From assembly GCA_026387335.1 (NCBI GenBank), contig JAPLLX010000001.1, positions 16,489-80,488 of the forward strand: a stretch of DNA of 64,000 nucleotides. Reading direction: 5' to 3'. Every line of letters starts with the position of its first letter. The first letter of the stretch is position 1. The position numbers were made by a program, and so were the translations under genes. The notes beneath the pieces were generated by a model. It was not told the DNA's origin, ran no database searches, and saw nothing but the letters and a program-made list of their open reading frames with translations. This document shows positions 18,009 to 27,478 of this stretch, piece after piece. The stretch is from Candidatus Omnitrophota bacterium (lineage in GTDB: Bacteria; Omnitrophota; Gorgyraeia; Gygaellales; Profunditerraquicolaceae).

Positions 18009-19040
18009 ATGAAAAAACTAAAATATAATGTGGCGGTAATCGGAGTGGGGGTAGTCGGGATTGAAATGCTGCGCGTATTAAAAGAGCGCAATTTTCCGGT
18101 CGGAGAACTGCGGGTTTTTGCCCGCTCTGCCCGCGATATAGATGTAGATGGTATAAAATATTCAGTAAAACCGATTTCCCCGGAAGGTTTTGAGGGCATA
18201 GATATCGCTTTATTCGCCGGGACCGAGGGAGAGAAGGGCGCGGCGGTTGCTTACGCGCAGGAGGCGGTAAAAAGAGGCGCGGTAGTCATTGATAATGGCG
18301 CGGATTTCCGGATGGACCCGAGCGTGCCTTTGGTTGTCCCGGAAGTAAATGCGGCGGATGTTAAGAAACATAAAGGAATTATTGCCAATCCTAATTGTTC
18401 AACTATCCAGATGGTTGTAGCGTTAAACCCGATTCATAAGAAGGCCGGCATTAAAAGGATAATCGTCACTACCCTGCAAGCTGCCAGCGGCGCGGGGAAG
18501 GGCGCGGTTGAGCAATTGAAGGAAGAGACTTCTTTAATAGCGCAGGGTGGTTTTAGCAATGTGCGCGTAAGCGCGGTCAATAAATCTATGCCGCAACAGC
18601 TGGCCTATAATGTTTTTCCGCATATCGGTTCTTTTGTCGAAGGAGACTATACTAACGAAGAATGGAAACTGGTCAAAGAAACTCATAAAATAATGCACGC
18701 GCCGAAAATTAAAATTTCAGCAACCACGGTAAGGGTCCCGGTGCGGACCGGACATTCAGAGTCAGTTTATATTGAAACTTCGCGCTCCATTTCGGTGGAT
18801 AAAGTTAAAGCCATTCTTTCTAAGGCGCCGGGAATAATTTTAATGGATGAGCCTAAGAATAATCTTTATCCTATGCCTAAAGATGTAGAGGGTAAGGATG
18901 AGACTTTTGTTGGCCGGATACGCCAAGATGCATTTGTAAAAAATGGCTTATGGTTATGGGTTGTGGCTGATAACCTGCGTAAAGGCGCCGCTACCAACGC
19001 AGTGCAAATAGCCGAATGCGTAATCTCAAGCTCAAAATAG
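18009..19040 (+). CDS. asd: aspartate-semialdehyde dehydrogenase
   Basis: VAVIGVGVVGIEM, IANPNCSTI active-site Cys, 343 aa. Confidence 0.9.
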   Translation: MKKLKYNVAVIGVGVVGIEMLRVLKERNFPVGELRVFARSARDIDVDGIKYSVKPISPEGFEGIDIALFAGTEGEKGAAVAYAQEAVKRGAVVIDNGADFRMDPSVPLVVPEVNAADVKKHKGIIANPNCSTIQMVVALNPIHKKAGIKRIIVTTLQAASGAGKGAVEQLKEETSLIAQGGFSNVRVSAVNKSMPQQLAYNVFPHIGSFVEGDYTNEEWKLVKETHKIMHAPKIKISATTVRVPVRTGHSESVYIETSRSISVDKVKAILSKAPGIILMDEPKNNLYPMPKDVEGKDETFVGRIRQDAFVKNGLWLWVVADNLRKGAATNAVQIAECVISSSK

Positions 19041-19756
19041 AATACGACGGGACGCATTACGCGGGCTGGCAGGTCCAGCCTAAGGGCCGCGGTAAAACAA
19101 TCCAGGCAGTAATCGAAAAAACCCTCCGCAAGATCCTCCAGGAAAAAATAAAATTAATTGTTTCAGGCAGGACTGACGCCGGCGTGCATGCCCGCGGACA
19201 GGTAGCTAATTTTCTTACCCGTTCCAATCTTCCTTTATCCAGATTAAAGATAGCCTTAAACGGGCTTTTACCCGAGGATATAAAGGTCATTAGTTTAAGC
19301 GCAGCTGCTCTTGATTTTAATAGCCGTTTTTGCGCCAAGGCAAAAGTTTACCGTTATACAATATTAAACCGGGATTATTCTTCTCCTTTGCTAAGGAGCA
19401 CGGTTTTTTTCTATCCGCATCCTTTAGATGCGCAACTTATGCGTAAGGAAGCCAGGATTTTGTTGGGAAAACATAATTTTAGCGCTTTTGCGGCTAGCCG
19501 GGGTAAAGAGAAGAATCCGGTAAAAGTGATAAAAAAGATAGCGGTCAGGAAAAGAAATAGTCTTATCCATATTGATATAGAAGCTGATGGATTCTTATAT
19601 AATATGGTAAGAAATATAGTGGGGACGTTAATTGAAATAGGAAGAGGGAGGCTTGCTCCAGGCTCCTTAAAAAAGATATTGCTTGCGCGTAACCGGATGC
19701 TCGCCGGCCAAACTGCTTCTCCAAGGGGCCTTTGCCTGCTGAAAGTAAAATATTAA
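19016..19756 (+). CDS. truA: tRNA pseudouridine(38-40) synthase
   Basis: KLKIEYDGTHYAGWQ.Q...RTDAGVHARGQVANF: catalytic Asp motif. Overlaps asd 3' end by 25 nt. Confidence 0.85.
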   Translation: MRNLKLKIEYDGTHYAGWQVQPKGRGKTIQAVIEKTLRKILQEKIKLIVSGRTDAGVHARGQVANFLTRSNLPLSRLKIALNGLLPEDIKVISLSAAALDFNSRFCAKAKVYRYTILNRDYSSPLLRSTVFFYPHPLDAQLMRKEARILLGKHNFSAFAASRGKEKNPVKVIKKIAVRKRNSLIHIDIEADGFLYNMVRNIVGTLIEIGRGRLAPGSLKKILLARNRMLAGQTASPRGLCLLKVKY

Positions 19757-19759
19757 CTC

Positions 19760-21286
19760 ATGATTGACCAACACCCAAGAAATATCTCCTGGGATTTTTT
19801 CGCTAAGGCTGCAATTTTTACTTTTTTTCTTCTCCAATGTATCCGTTGGAGCGTTTTATTGCAATCTATGGATATTTATTACCATCTTTTGACTGCCTGG
19901 GGTTTTATCCAGGCAGGAGGATATAGCGGCTGGGATTTTTGGCAATACGCGCCGGTGGGAAGGATCCATGTCTACCCGCCGTTTTTTCATTTGATGCTCG
20001 CGGGAATGCTTAAGTCAGGCGTAAGCCAGATAATCATAGCGAAATTATGCGAAGTTATTATTCCAACTATATTTTTAGGAGTTTTGTGGAATTTTATCAG
20101 AGTGAATTTCAGCAAGAGGCTTGCTTTTTTTGTCTTATTTATGTTTTTTTCTTCATTTTCTTTTTATCTATCCCTGACCAACCATATTCCGGCGACACTG
20201 GCGTTTATATTCGGAATTTTATCTCTGGGTCAGTTCTTTAAAAACAGGCTCATCCGTTCGTCTATATTGTTGGTTCTTTGTTTTTATACGCATATAGGGT
20301 TATCCTGGTTTTTTATTTTAGGCCTTATCCTCTATGGAGTATTTAATAAGGAGGCAAGAAGGGAAGCTTTATTTGTTTGCGCTGTTGCTTTTGTTCTGGC
20401 CATACCTATGGTTATCCAGGAATTGAGCGGGCTAAAATCTATGATAGCTGTAGGGCCTAATTTAAACGAAAAATACTTATCCCAAGTCAAGGTAGTGGAT
20501 TTATTATTGGCGGTTTTGGGATTAAGCGTAGCCCTGAAGATGGAAAGAAAGTATTATTTATTTCCGGCCTTGCTCGTGGCCGGTTTTATATTTATTATTT
20601 ATCCTTACCGTTTCCTTTCTGGCGAAGGTTATTTTTCGCTGATTTTACTCTCCGCGCTTTTTTTAGACCGTTTATATAACGCGCTCAACAAAAAATATGT
20701 GATTTTGATAATTGTCGTATTCATGTTGGTAATCTCTCCTACCTGGGTAATGTATAAGAGCATGGGCGATAAGAAATTAAGCTATAAAATAAATGTTTTG
20801 GATTCCGGTTTGATTAATTTAGTCTTGTCTAAAGGCCAGGTATTATGGTTCCCGAAACAATATCTTTCCGCCGCTAATATTGTCAGGGAAAATTCAGAGG
20901 ATAAGGATATAGTTTTTAGTTCCCTGAATTTTATAGGCTTAACAGTCTCCAGCCTTGCCGGAAGAGCGACCGCTAACGCCCTACTGCCGGAGATGAGGCT
21001 GCCTGAGAACTATAACCCGCTTACCTCTTCCAAGATAATAATATTCTCTCAGATAGACGACCCCAGTGTGACTAGTAAAATAATAGACGCTCTCAAGCTG
21101 GTTAAAGCAGGAGAAAATGATTTCTTTATAGTGTATAAAAATCCCGGCTGTGAGGTTAAGGCCAGAATAAGGAAGGCGGGGTTGCCTTTTGCGTGGATTT
21201 TAAGCCTGGGGTTAGTGGCTTTATTGGCCTTTTGGCAAGCCGGAAGGCTGGAGGAGACATTGTATAAAACTATAAAAAATATTTGA
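19760..21286 (+). CDS. hypothetical polytopic membrane protein (possibly a GT-C-like glycosyltransferase; unassigned)
   Basis: 508 aa, with more than 10 predicted hydrophobic helices. No diagnostic motif recognised. Confidence 0.4.
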   Translation: MIDQHPRNISWDFFAKAAIFTFFLLQCIRWSVLLQSMDIYYHLLTAWGFIQAGGYSGWDFWQYAPVGRIHVYPPFFHLMLAGMLKSGVSQIIIAKLCEVIIPTIFLGVLWNFIRVNFSKRLAFFVLFMFFSSFSFYLSLTNHIPATLAFIFGILSLGQFFKNRLIRSSILLVLCFYTHIGLSWFFILGLILYGVFNKEARREALFVCAVAFVLAIPMVIQELSGLKSMIAVGPNLNEKYLSQVKVVDLLLAVLGLSVALKMERKYYLFPALLVAGFIFIIYPYRFLSGEGYFSLILLSALFLDRLYNALNKKYVILIIVVFMLVISPTWVMYKSMGDKKLSYKINVLDSGLINLVLSKGQVLWFPKQYLSAANIVRENSEDKDIVFSSLNFIGLTVSSLAGRATANALLPEMRLPENYNPLTSSKIIIFSQIDDPSVTSKIIDALKLVKAGENDFFIVYKNPGCEVKARIRKAGLPFAWILSLGLVALLAFWQAGRLEETLYKTIKNI

Positions 21287-21319
21287 CTTAAAGTATAAAT
21301 GTGTTATACTTAACAATCT

Positions 21320-21751
21320 ATGAAAAAGACTTACGTAGCCAAAAAAGAGGATATCAAGAGGGTTTGGTATTTAGTTGACGCCAAGGATAAGATACTCGGC
21401 CGGGTAGCGGCTAAGGTAGCGTCTATCTTAAGGGGTAAGCATAAAGCGATTTTTACCCCGCATATAGATACCGGAGATGCCGTCATTGTGATTAATGCCG
21501 CTCAAATCAGGCTTAGCGGCAGGAAGACTAAGCAAAAGGTATACCGGCGTTATTCAGGGTATCCGGGTGGTCTAAGAGAAGTCTCTTTTGAGAAGATGTT
21601 TAAGAATAAGCCGACGACCGTATTTAAGCTGGCAGTCCGGCGCATGCTTCCCAAGGGCTCGTTAAGCCATGATATGTTAAAGAAACTAAAGATTTATGCT
21701 GATGATAAGCATACGCAGAAAGCGCAGAACCCGCAAGTTTTGGAGGTATAA
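21320..21751 (+). CDS. rplM: 50S ribosomal protein L13
   Basis: KRVWYLVDAKDKILGRVA...VIVINA: L13 signature. Confidence 0.9.
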   Translation: MKKTYVAKKEDIKRVWYLVDAKDKILGRVAAKVASILRGKHKAIFTPHIDTGDAVIVINAAQIRLSGRKTKQKVYRRYSGYPGGLREVSFEKMFKNKPTTVFKLAVRRMLPKGSLSHDMLKKLKIYADDKHTQKAQNPQVLEV

Positions 21752-21761
21752 AACAAAATAA

Positions 21762-22157
21762 ATGAGTGATCAAGTTAAATATAGCGCGGTAGGCAGACGT
21801 AAAGAATCAGTAGCCAGGGTCTGTCTTGTTCCCGGCAAAGGCGATTTTTTGGTTAATAGACGGCCATATGAAAAATATTTCTTGAGGGAGACAGACAGGA
21901 TTATAGTAAAACAACCTTTAGACGTGACTAATAATATGAATAAATACGATGTAATTGCTAATATATCAGGAGGCGGACTTACCGGCCAGGCAGGGGCTTT
22001 AAGGCTGGGTATTTCGCGGGCGTTGATTTCTATTGACCCGGCGTTAAAGGACCTATTGCGTAAGCAAGGGTATTTAACGCGTGACCCTCGGGCAAAGGAA
22101 CGCAAGAAGTACGGCCAGAAGGGCGCGCGCAAACGCTTCCAGTGGACTAAGAGGTAA
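21762..22157 (+). CDS. rpsI: 30S ribosomal protein S9
   Basis: GGGLTGQAGALRLGISRAL...KYGQKGARKRFQWTKR: S9 C-terminus. Confidence 0.9.
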   Translation: MSDQVKYSAVGRRKESVARVCLVPGKGDFLVNRRPYEKYFLRETDRIIVKQPLDVTNNMNKYDVIANISGGGLTGQAGALRLGISRALISIDPALKDLLRKQGYLTRDPRAKERKKYGQKGARKRFQWTKR

Positions 22158-22202
22158 AACTATTAGACTTATTTGAAATAGATACATAGATCTAAGAATA
22201 GG

Positions 22203-22236
22203 AAATCCCGCTGAAAGCCAGCGGGATTTTTTATTT
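22203..22236 (+). terminator. rho-independent terminator after rplM-rpsI
   Basis: aaatcccgctg / cagcgggattt 9-10 bp stem, 5-9 nt loop, then TTTTTT. Confidence 0.65.
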
Positions 22237-22258
22237 ATATATTCCGACGAGAAAATTC

Positions 22259-22287
22259 TTGACTACGACGGGTTTTTATTCTAATAT
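22259..22287 (+). promoter_or_regulatory. sigma70-like promoter TTGACT-N17-TAATAT upstream of the arg/lys/dap gene run
   Basis: TTGACT 22259-22264, TAATAT 22282-22287, 17-nt spacer. About 30 nt upstream of the argC RBS. Confidence 0.45.
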
Positions 22288-22315
22288 TAACCTATTATAG
22301 AGGAGCGCGTTAAAC

Positions 22316-23338
22316 ATGGTAAATATCGGGATTGTGGGAGTATCGGGTTACACGGGAGAAGAATTGATCCGGATTCTCCTGAAGCACCCGGGAGTAAAAA
22401 TATCCGGGCTTTTTTCCAGAAGTTCATACAATAAACCTCTGGCTGAGGTATTTCCGGAATTCGCCTCCCGCTTAAATTTAGTCTGCTTAAAGCCGGATAT
22501 AGAAAACATCGTCGGTAAATGCGATGTGGTATTTTTGGCCCTTCCGCATACCACTTCTATGGATTTAGTCCCTAAGCTATTGAAGGCGGGCAAAAGGGTT
22601 ATTGATTTAAGCGCTGACTACAGGCTTAAAGATTCTAAGATCTACGCTAAATTTTATCAGTATAAACATAAAGATAAGAAGAATCTTCAAGGCTCTGTTT
22701 ACGGTTTGCCGGAATTATGCCGGGCCCAGATTAAAAACGCGAAAATCGTGGCTAACCCGGGGTGTTATCCGACGGCAGCCATACTGGCTTTAGCGCCTTT
22801 AATTTCTGCTGATCTGGCGGATTTAAATTCCATAATTATTGACGCCAAATCCGGAGTAAGCGGGGCGGGCAAAAAAACAGCCGAAGAGTTTTTTTCTTCA
22901 GAGGACAAAGAGGATTTTAAGGCTTATAAAGTCGGCGCGCATCAGCATACCCCGGAAATCAATCAGGAGTTATCAGCCTTAGCCGGAAAAAAGGTCAAGG
23001 TGACTTTTGTACCGCATCTTTTACCGGTGAACAGGGGAATATTAGAGACGATATATGTGAAGAAAAGTAAAAAGTCAAAAGTAAAAAGTAAAAACCTGGT
23101 TCAGTTATATAAAAAGTTTTATAAGAAAGAGCCGTTTGTAAGAATAAAAGCTGAGGGAGAATTCCCGAGGTTAAAAGATGTCGTGGGGACGAACTTTTGC
23201 GATATCGGGATCAAGGATAATTCGGATAGCCTGATTATAATCAGCGCGATTGATAATCTGGTCAAGGGCGCCTCGGGTCAGGCAGTGCAGAACATGAATA
23301 TAATGTATAAGTTTCCGGAAACAACTGGATTACTATGA
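22316..23338 (+). CDS. argC: N-acetyl-gamma-glutamyl-phosphate reductase
   Basis: IGIVGVSGYTGEELIR, catalytic Cys in ANPGCYPTA. Contains a Lys/Ser-rich insertion (KKSKKSKVKSKN). Confidence 0.9.
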   Translation: MVNIGIVGVSGYTGEELIRILLKHPGVKISGLFSRSSYNKPLAEVFPEFASRLNLVCLKPDIENIVGKCDVVFLALPHTTSMDLVPKLLKAGKRVIDLSADYRLKDSKIYAKFYQYKHKDKKNLQGSVYGLPELCRAQIKNAKIVANPGCYPTAAILALAPLISADLADLNSIIIDAKSGVSGAGKKTAEEFFSSEDKEDFKAYKVGAHQHTPEINQELSALAGKKVKVTFVPHLLPVNRGILETIYVKKSKKSKVKSKNLVQLYKKFYKKEPFVRIKAEGEFPRLKDVVGTNFCDIGIKDNSDSLIIISAIDNLVKGASGQAVQNMNIMYKFPETTGLL

Positions 23339-24471
23339 AAAAATATAAAGATGGAGTTTTACCGCTAGGTTTTCAGGCCAGCGGGATATCCTGCGGCCTA
23401 AAAAGATCAGGGAAGCCGGACTTGGCTTTATTTTTTTCGGAAAAGCCGGCCAAGGCCAGCGGCCTCTTTACAACTAATAATATCTTAGCCGCGCCGGTAG
23501 CCTTAAGCCAGGCTTACTTAAAAAATAATAATAAATTTCAGGCGATTATCGCTAACAGCGGAAACGCGAATTGTTTTAACGGTAAGACCGGTTTAAAGGA
23601 CGCCTTAAGCACTGTTAAGGCGTTAGCCGCGGTTTTAAACTTAAAGAAGGAAGATGTTTTAGTAGCTTCCACCGGAATAATCGGCAAGAGGCTGCCTGTT
23701 CTTAAAATTAAACTGGGAATACCCGGTTTGGTTAAGAAATTATCCAAAAAAGGCATAGCTGAAGCGGCAAGAGCGATAATGACAACTGATACTTGGCCCA
23801 AAGCCTTTACGGTAAAATTTAATCTCGGGCCTAAGGTACTTACTATATGCGGGGTAGCCAAAGGCGCCGGGATGATTTCTCCGAATATGGCTACTTTACT
23901 CAGTTTTATTTTTACAGACGCTGATATTACGCAGGGAGCGCTAAATAAGGCTTTGAAAGCCGCCGTAGAGAGTTCTTTTAATTCCATAACGGTAGATGGA
24001 TGCATGAGCACGAATGATTCGGTAATACTCTTGGCAAACGGCCAGGCGGCCAATGCTTTGATCAGCAAAGGAAAAAGTTTAGATTTATTCACCCAGGCTT
24101 TAAGTTTAGTCTGCCTGGAATTGGCTAAAATGATTGTCCGGGACGCTGAAGGCGCCAGCAAATTTATTAAGATCAGCGTTGAGTCGGCCAGAAACTATAA
24201 AGTAGCCAAGGCGGTGGCTTTAAACATAGCTAATTCCAATCTTTTTAAAACAGCGGTCTATGGCCAGAATCCGAATTTTGGCAGGATCGCTTCTGCCGCC
24301 GGCTCAATCGGGGCAGGGGTCAAAGAAGAAGCTTTAAAGATCAAAGTGAGTTCTTTAATGAAAAGAGATATAGTTGTCAACGTTGCGTTAAATCAGGGTA
24401 AGGCTTGCGCGGTTATTTATACTTCAGACCTGACTCCTGAATACATTAAGATTAACGCCGAATATAATTAA
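23335..24471 (+). CDS. argJ: bifunctional glutamate N-acetyltransferase / amino-acid acetyltransferase
   Basis: PNMATLLSFIFTDA autoproteolytic Thr motif (ATML-type). Confidence 0.9.
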   Translation: MKKYKDGVLPLGFQASGISCGLKRSGKPDLALFFSEKPAKASGLFTTNNILAAPVALSQAYLKNNNKFQAIIANSGNANCFNGKTGLKDALSTVKALAAVLNLKKEDVLVASTGIIGKRLPVLKIKLGIPGLVKKLSKKGIAEAARAIMTTDTWPKAFTVKFNLGPKVLTICGVAKGAGMISPNMATLLSFIFTDADITQGALNKALKAAVESSFNSITVDGCMSTNDSVILLANGQAANALISKGKSLDLFTQALSLVCLELAKMIVRDAEGASKFIKISVESARNYKVAKAVALNIANSNLFKTAVYGQNPNFGRIASAAGSIGAGVKEEALKIKVSSLMKRDIVVNVALNQGKACAVIYTSDLTPEYIKINAEYN

Positions 24472-24479
24472 GCGGGGGT

Positions 24480-25340
24480 TTGGATATGGAAGAAGCAATC
24501 AGAAAAGCGGATGTATTAATCGAAGCGCTGCCTTATATCAAGAAGTTTCATAAGAAAATAATTGTCATAAAATACGGCGGAAGCATTTTGGGCGAGGAGA
24601 AAATACGCAAGGGTGTATTGGAAGATATTGTTTTCCTGAATTTTATGGGATTAAAACCCGTGTTGGTCCACGGAGGCGGCCCGAATATAAGCGACCGGAT
24701 AAGGCTCTCGGGAAAGAAGACTGAATTTGTGGATGGTATGCGCGTTACCGATGAAGAAACGCTGGTGGTGGTAGAAGAAGAGCTGCAGGCCTTGAATGAT
24801 ATTATCGTTAAAGAGATTTCGGAATTAGGGGCGAAGGCAGCCAGTTTAAACGGGAAAAAGGCTCAGCTGATCCAGGCTGAAAAGAAAAAAGCCAAGATAG
24901 ATTTAGGCCTGGTCGGCCATATTGTCGGCGTGAACGCGGAAATAATTTTAGAGGAATTAAAGAAAGATAAAATAGCCGTAATTTTACCGATGGCCAGCGA
25001 TAAAGATAAGAAGGCCTACAACGTCAACGCGGATGAGGCGGCCGCAAGCGTAGCCGGGGCGCTGGAGGCGGAAAAGTTTGTTTTATTGACCAATGTTAAG
25101 GGTATTTTGCGTAACCCTGAGGACCAGCACTCATTTATATCGACATTGACCACTAAGGAAGCCAAAGGTTTGGTGGAAGACAATATCATACAACAGGGGA
25201 TGATCCCAAAAGTCAAGGCCTGTATCGATGCTTTGAAAAAGGGGGTTAAAAAGACGCACATTATTGATGCCCGCACGCCTCACGGTTTATTGCTGGAAAT
25301 ATTTACCGATCAGGGTATCGGCACGGAGATCATTCAATGA
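24480..25340 (+). CDS. argB: acetylglutamate kinase
   Basis: IVIKYGGSIL, VLVHGGGP: amino-acid kinase family. Confidence 0.9.
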   Translation: MDMEEAIRKADVLIEALPYIKKFHKKIIVIKYGGSILGEEKIRKGVLEDIVFLNFMGLKPVLVHGGGPNISDRIRLSGKKTEFVDGMRVTDEETLVVVEEELQALNDIIVKEISELGAKAASLNGKKAQLIQAEKKKAKIDLGLVGHIVGVNAEIILEELKKDKIAVILPMASDKDKKAYNVNADEAAASVAGALEAEKFVLLTNVKGILRNPEDQHSFISTLTTKEAKGLVEDNIIQQGMIPKVKACIDALKKGVKKTHIIDARTPHGLLLEIFTDQGIGTEIIQ

Positions 25341-26560
25341 AGTTGGAAGAAGTTTTTGCAAGTTATAAAGAAAATATAATGCCGACTTATACCAAGATGC
25401 CCTTGGTATTTGTTAAGGGGAAAGGTTCTAAACTTTGGGATATCCATAACAAGGTATATCTGGATTTTTTCCCGGGTTGGGGGGTTTGTAACCTCGGGCA
25501 TTGCCATCCGAAAGTAATGCAGGCAGTGCGGGACCAGATTTCCAAGTTAATTTTTATACCGAATAACTACTACCATATCCCTCAGGCAAAATTAGCCAAA
25601 GAGATGGTCTATTGGTCGTATCCGGCAAAGGTATTCTTTTGTAATTCCGGCGCGGAGGCAAATGAGGGAGCGATTAAGTTTGTCCGAAAGTTCGGCTCCT
25701 CATCTGAACTCAGCGCCGATGGCGAGCAGAGGCGAGCCACCGGGCAGGGCAGGTATGAAATAATAACTTTTGAAAATTCTTTCCACGGAAGGACATTGGC
25801 TACGGTTACCGCGACCGGACAGAAAAAATACCAGGAAGGCTTTAGTCCTTTACCGGAAGGTTTTAAAACCGTTAAGTTTAATGATATAGAAGTCCTGAAA
25901 CAGGCGGTTAGCGATAAAACAATTGCCATAATGTTAGAGCTTGTGCAGGGCGAAGGCGGGATAAATGTCGCCTCTAAAGATTTTGTTCTGGCTTTAAGGA
26001 AATTATGCGCTGAAAAAAAATTGCTGCTTATTGTGGATGAGGTTCAGACCGGAATGGGCAGGACCGGAAAATTATTCGCTTATCAGCATTACGGAATGAC
26101 TCCGGATATAATGACTTTAGCTAAGTCATTAGGCGGAGGCCTGCCAATCGGCGCGATGGTGGTAAAAAAAGAGATCGCGGATACCTTAGGGCCCGGAATG
26201 CACGCTTCCACTTTTGGGGGTGGTCCGGTTATCGCCAGGGCGGCTCTAGCCGTCTTTAAGGCGATACAAAAAGAAAAAATGCTTAAGAACGCTAATTTAA
26301 TGGGAGAATATTTATTCACGAAGCTAAATGCCCTGAAAGAAAAGCATACTATAATAAAAGAAATAAGGGGTTTGGGTTTAATGGTCGGAGTGGAATTGAA
26401 TATTGCAGGGAAAAATATAATCGAGAAGTGTATTGAAAAGGGGCTCCTGATTAATTGTACCCACGAAAATGTCTTAAGGCTTATGCCGGCGTTAAATGTG
26501 ACCAAGAAAGATATTGATAAGGCAATGGGTATATTAAAAAGCGTATTGGAGAGAGCATGA
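25337..26560 (+). CDS. argD: acetylornithine aminotransferase
   Basis: Class III aminotransferase: DEVQTGMGRTGK, MTLAKSLGGGLPIGA. Confidence 0.85.
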   Translation: MKLEEVFASYKENIMPTYTKMPLVFVKGKGSKLWDIHNKVYLDFFPGWGVCNLGHCHPKVMQAVRDQISKLIFIPNNYYHIPQAKLAKEMVYWSYPAKVFFCNSGAEANEGAIKFVRKFGSSSELSADGEQRRATGQGRYEIITFENSFHGRTLATVTATGQKKYQEGFSPLPEGFKTVKFNDIEVLKQAVSDKTIAIMLELVQGEGGINVASKDFVLALRKLCAEKKLLLIVDEVQTGMGRTGKLFAYQHYGMTPDIMTLAKSLGGGLPIGAMVVKKEIADTLGPGMHASTFGGGPVIARAALAVFKAIQKEKMLKNANLMGEYLFTKLNALKEKHTIIKEIRGLGLMVGVELNIAGKNIIEKCIEKGLLINCTHENVLRLMPALNVTKKDIDKAMGILKSVLERA

Positions 26561-27474
26561 AAAAAGACCTGCTTACGATAAAAGATTTAACCGCAAAAGA
26601 AATCGCCGAGTTATTCAGCCTTACGGACAAGCTCAAGAAGAATAAGGCTAAGTTTGGCCAAGCGCTTTTCGGTAAAACCCTGGCCCTTATTTTTCAAAAG
26701 CCTTCCAACAGGACGCGGGTTTCTTTTGAAGTGGGGATGTTCCAACTAGGAGGGCATTCCTTATATTTAGCGCCCAATGAAATAAATTTAGGCGTAAGGG
26801 AATCTATCGCCGATGTGGCTAAAACCCTCTCTAGATACGTTGACGGAATTGTTTTAAGGACATTTGAGCACAAGAATTGCCTAGAAATGTCCAAGGCAGC
26901 GTTGATCCCGGTGATCAACGGGCTTTCGGATTTTTCGCATCCTTGTCAGGCGTTAGCGGACCTGTATACGGTGCAAGAAAAACTAAAAACTCTTAAAGGC
27001 ATTACCCTGGCTTATGTCGGGGACGGAAATAATGTCTGTAATTCGTTGATTTTTATTTGCGCGAAGCTGGGAGTAAATATGAATGTGGGTTGTCCGCAAG
27101 GATACGAGCCGGATAGCGGAGTATTAAAAGAAGCTCAGGCTCTGGCCCAAGAAACAGGGGGAGTCATAAATTTATTTAACGATTCCTCTAACGCGGTTAA
27201 AGGCGCAGATGTCATTTATACCGATGTCTGGGCAAGTATGGGCCAGGAGGATGAGGTTAAGATAAGAAAAGAGGCTTTTAAGAATTTTCAGGTGAATAAA
27301 GAATTGCTAAGTTTAGCCAAAAAAGATGCTTTGATTATGCATTGCCTTCCGGCGCACAGGGGAGAAGAAATAACCGGGGAGGTTTTAGATAGCCGGAACG
27401 CGGTCGTCTTTGACGAAGCAGAGAATAGGATGCACGTGCAAAAAGCGATATTAATAAAATTATTAGGGAGATAA
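26557..27474 (+). CDS. argF: ornithine carbamoyltransferase
   Basis: STRTRVSFE carbamoyl-phosphate binding, HCLPAHRGEE ornithine binding. Confidence 0.9.
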   Translation: MKKDLLTIKDLTAKEIAELFSLTDKLKKNKAKFGQALFGKTLALIFQKPSNRTRVSFEVGMFQLGGHSLYLAPNEINLGVRESIADVAKTLSRYVDGIVLRTFEHKNCLEMSKAALIPVINGLSDFSHPCQALADLYTVQEKLKTLKGITLAYVGDGNNVCNSLIFICAKLGVNMNVGCPQGYEPDSGVLKEAQALAQETGGVINLFNDSSNAVKGADVIYTDVWASMGQEDEVKIRKEAFKNFQVNKELLSLAKKDALIMHCLPAHRGEEITGEVLDSRNAVVFDEAENRMHVQKAILIKLLGR

Positions 27475-27478
27475 TTAG

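Noticed and set aside
23538-24161. 207-aa ORF on the - strand
   Set aside because: Antisense shadow inside argJ. No independent support.
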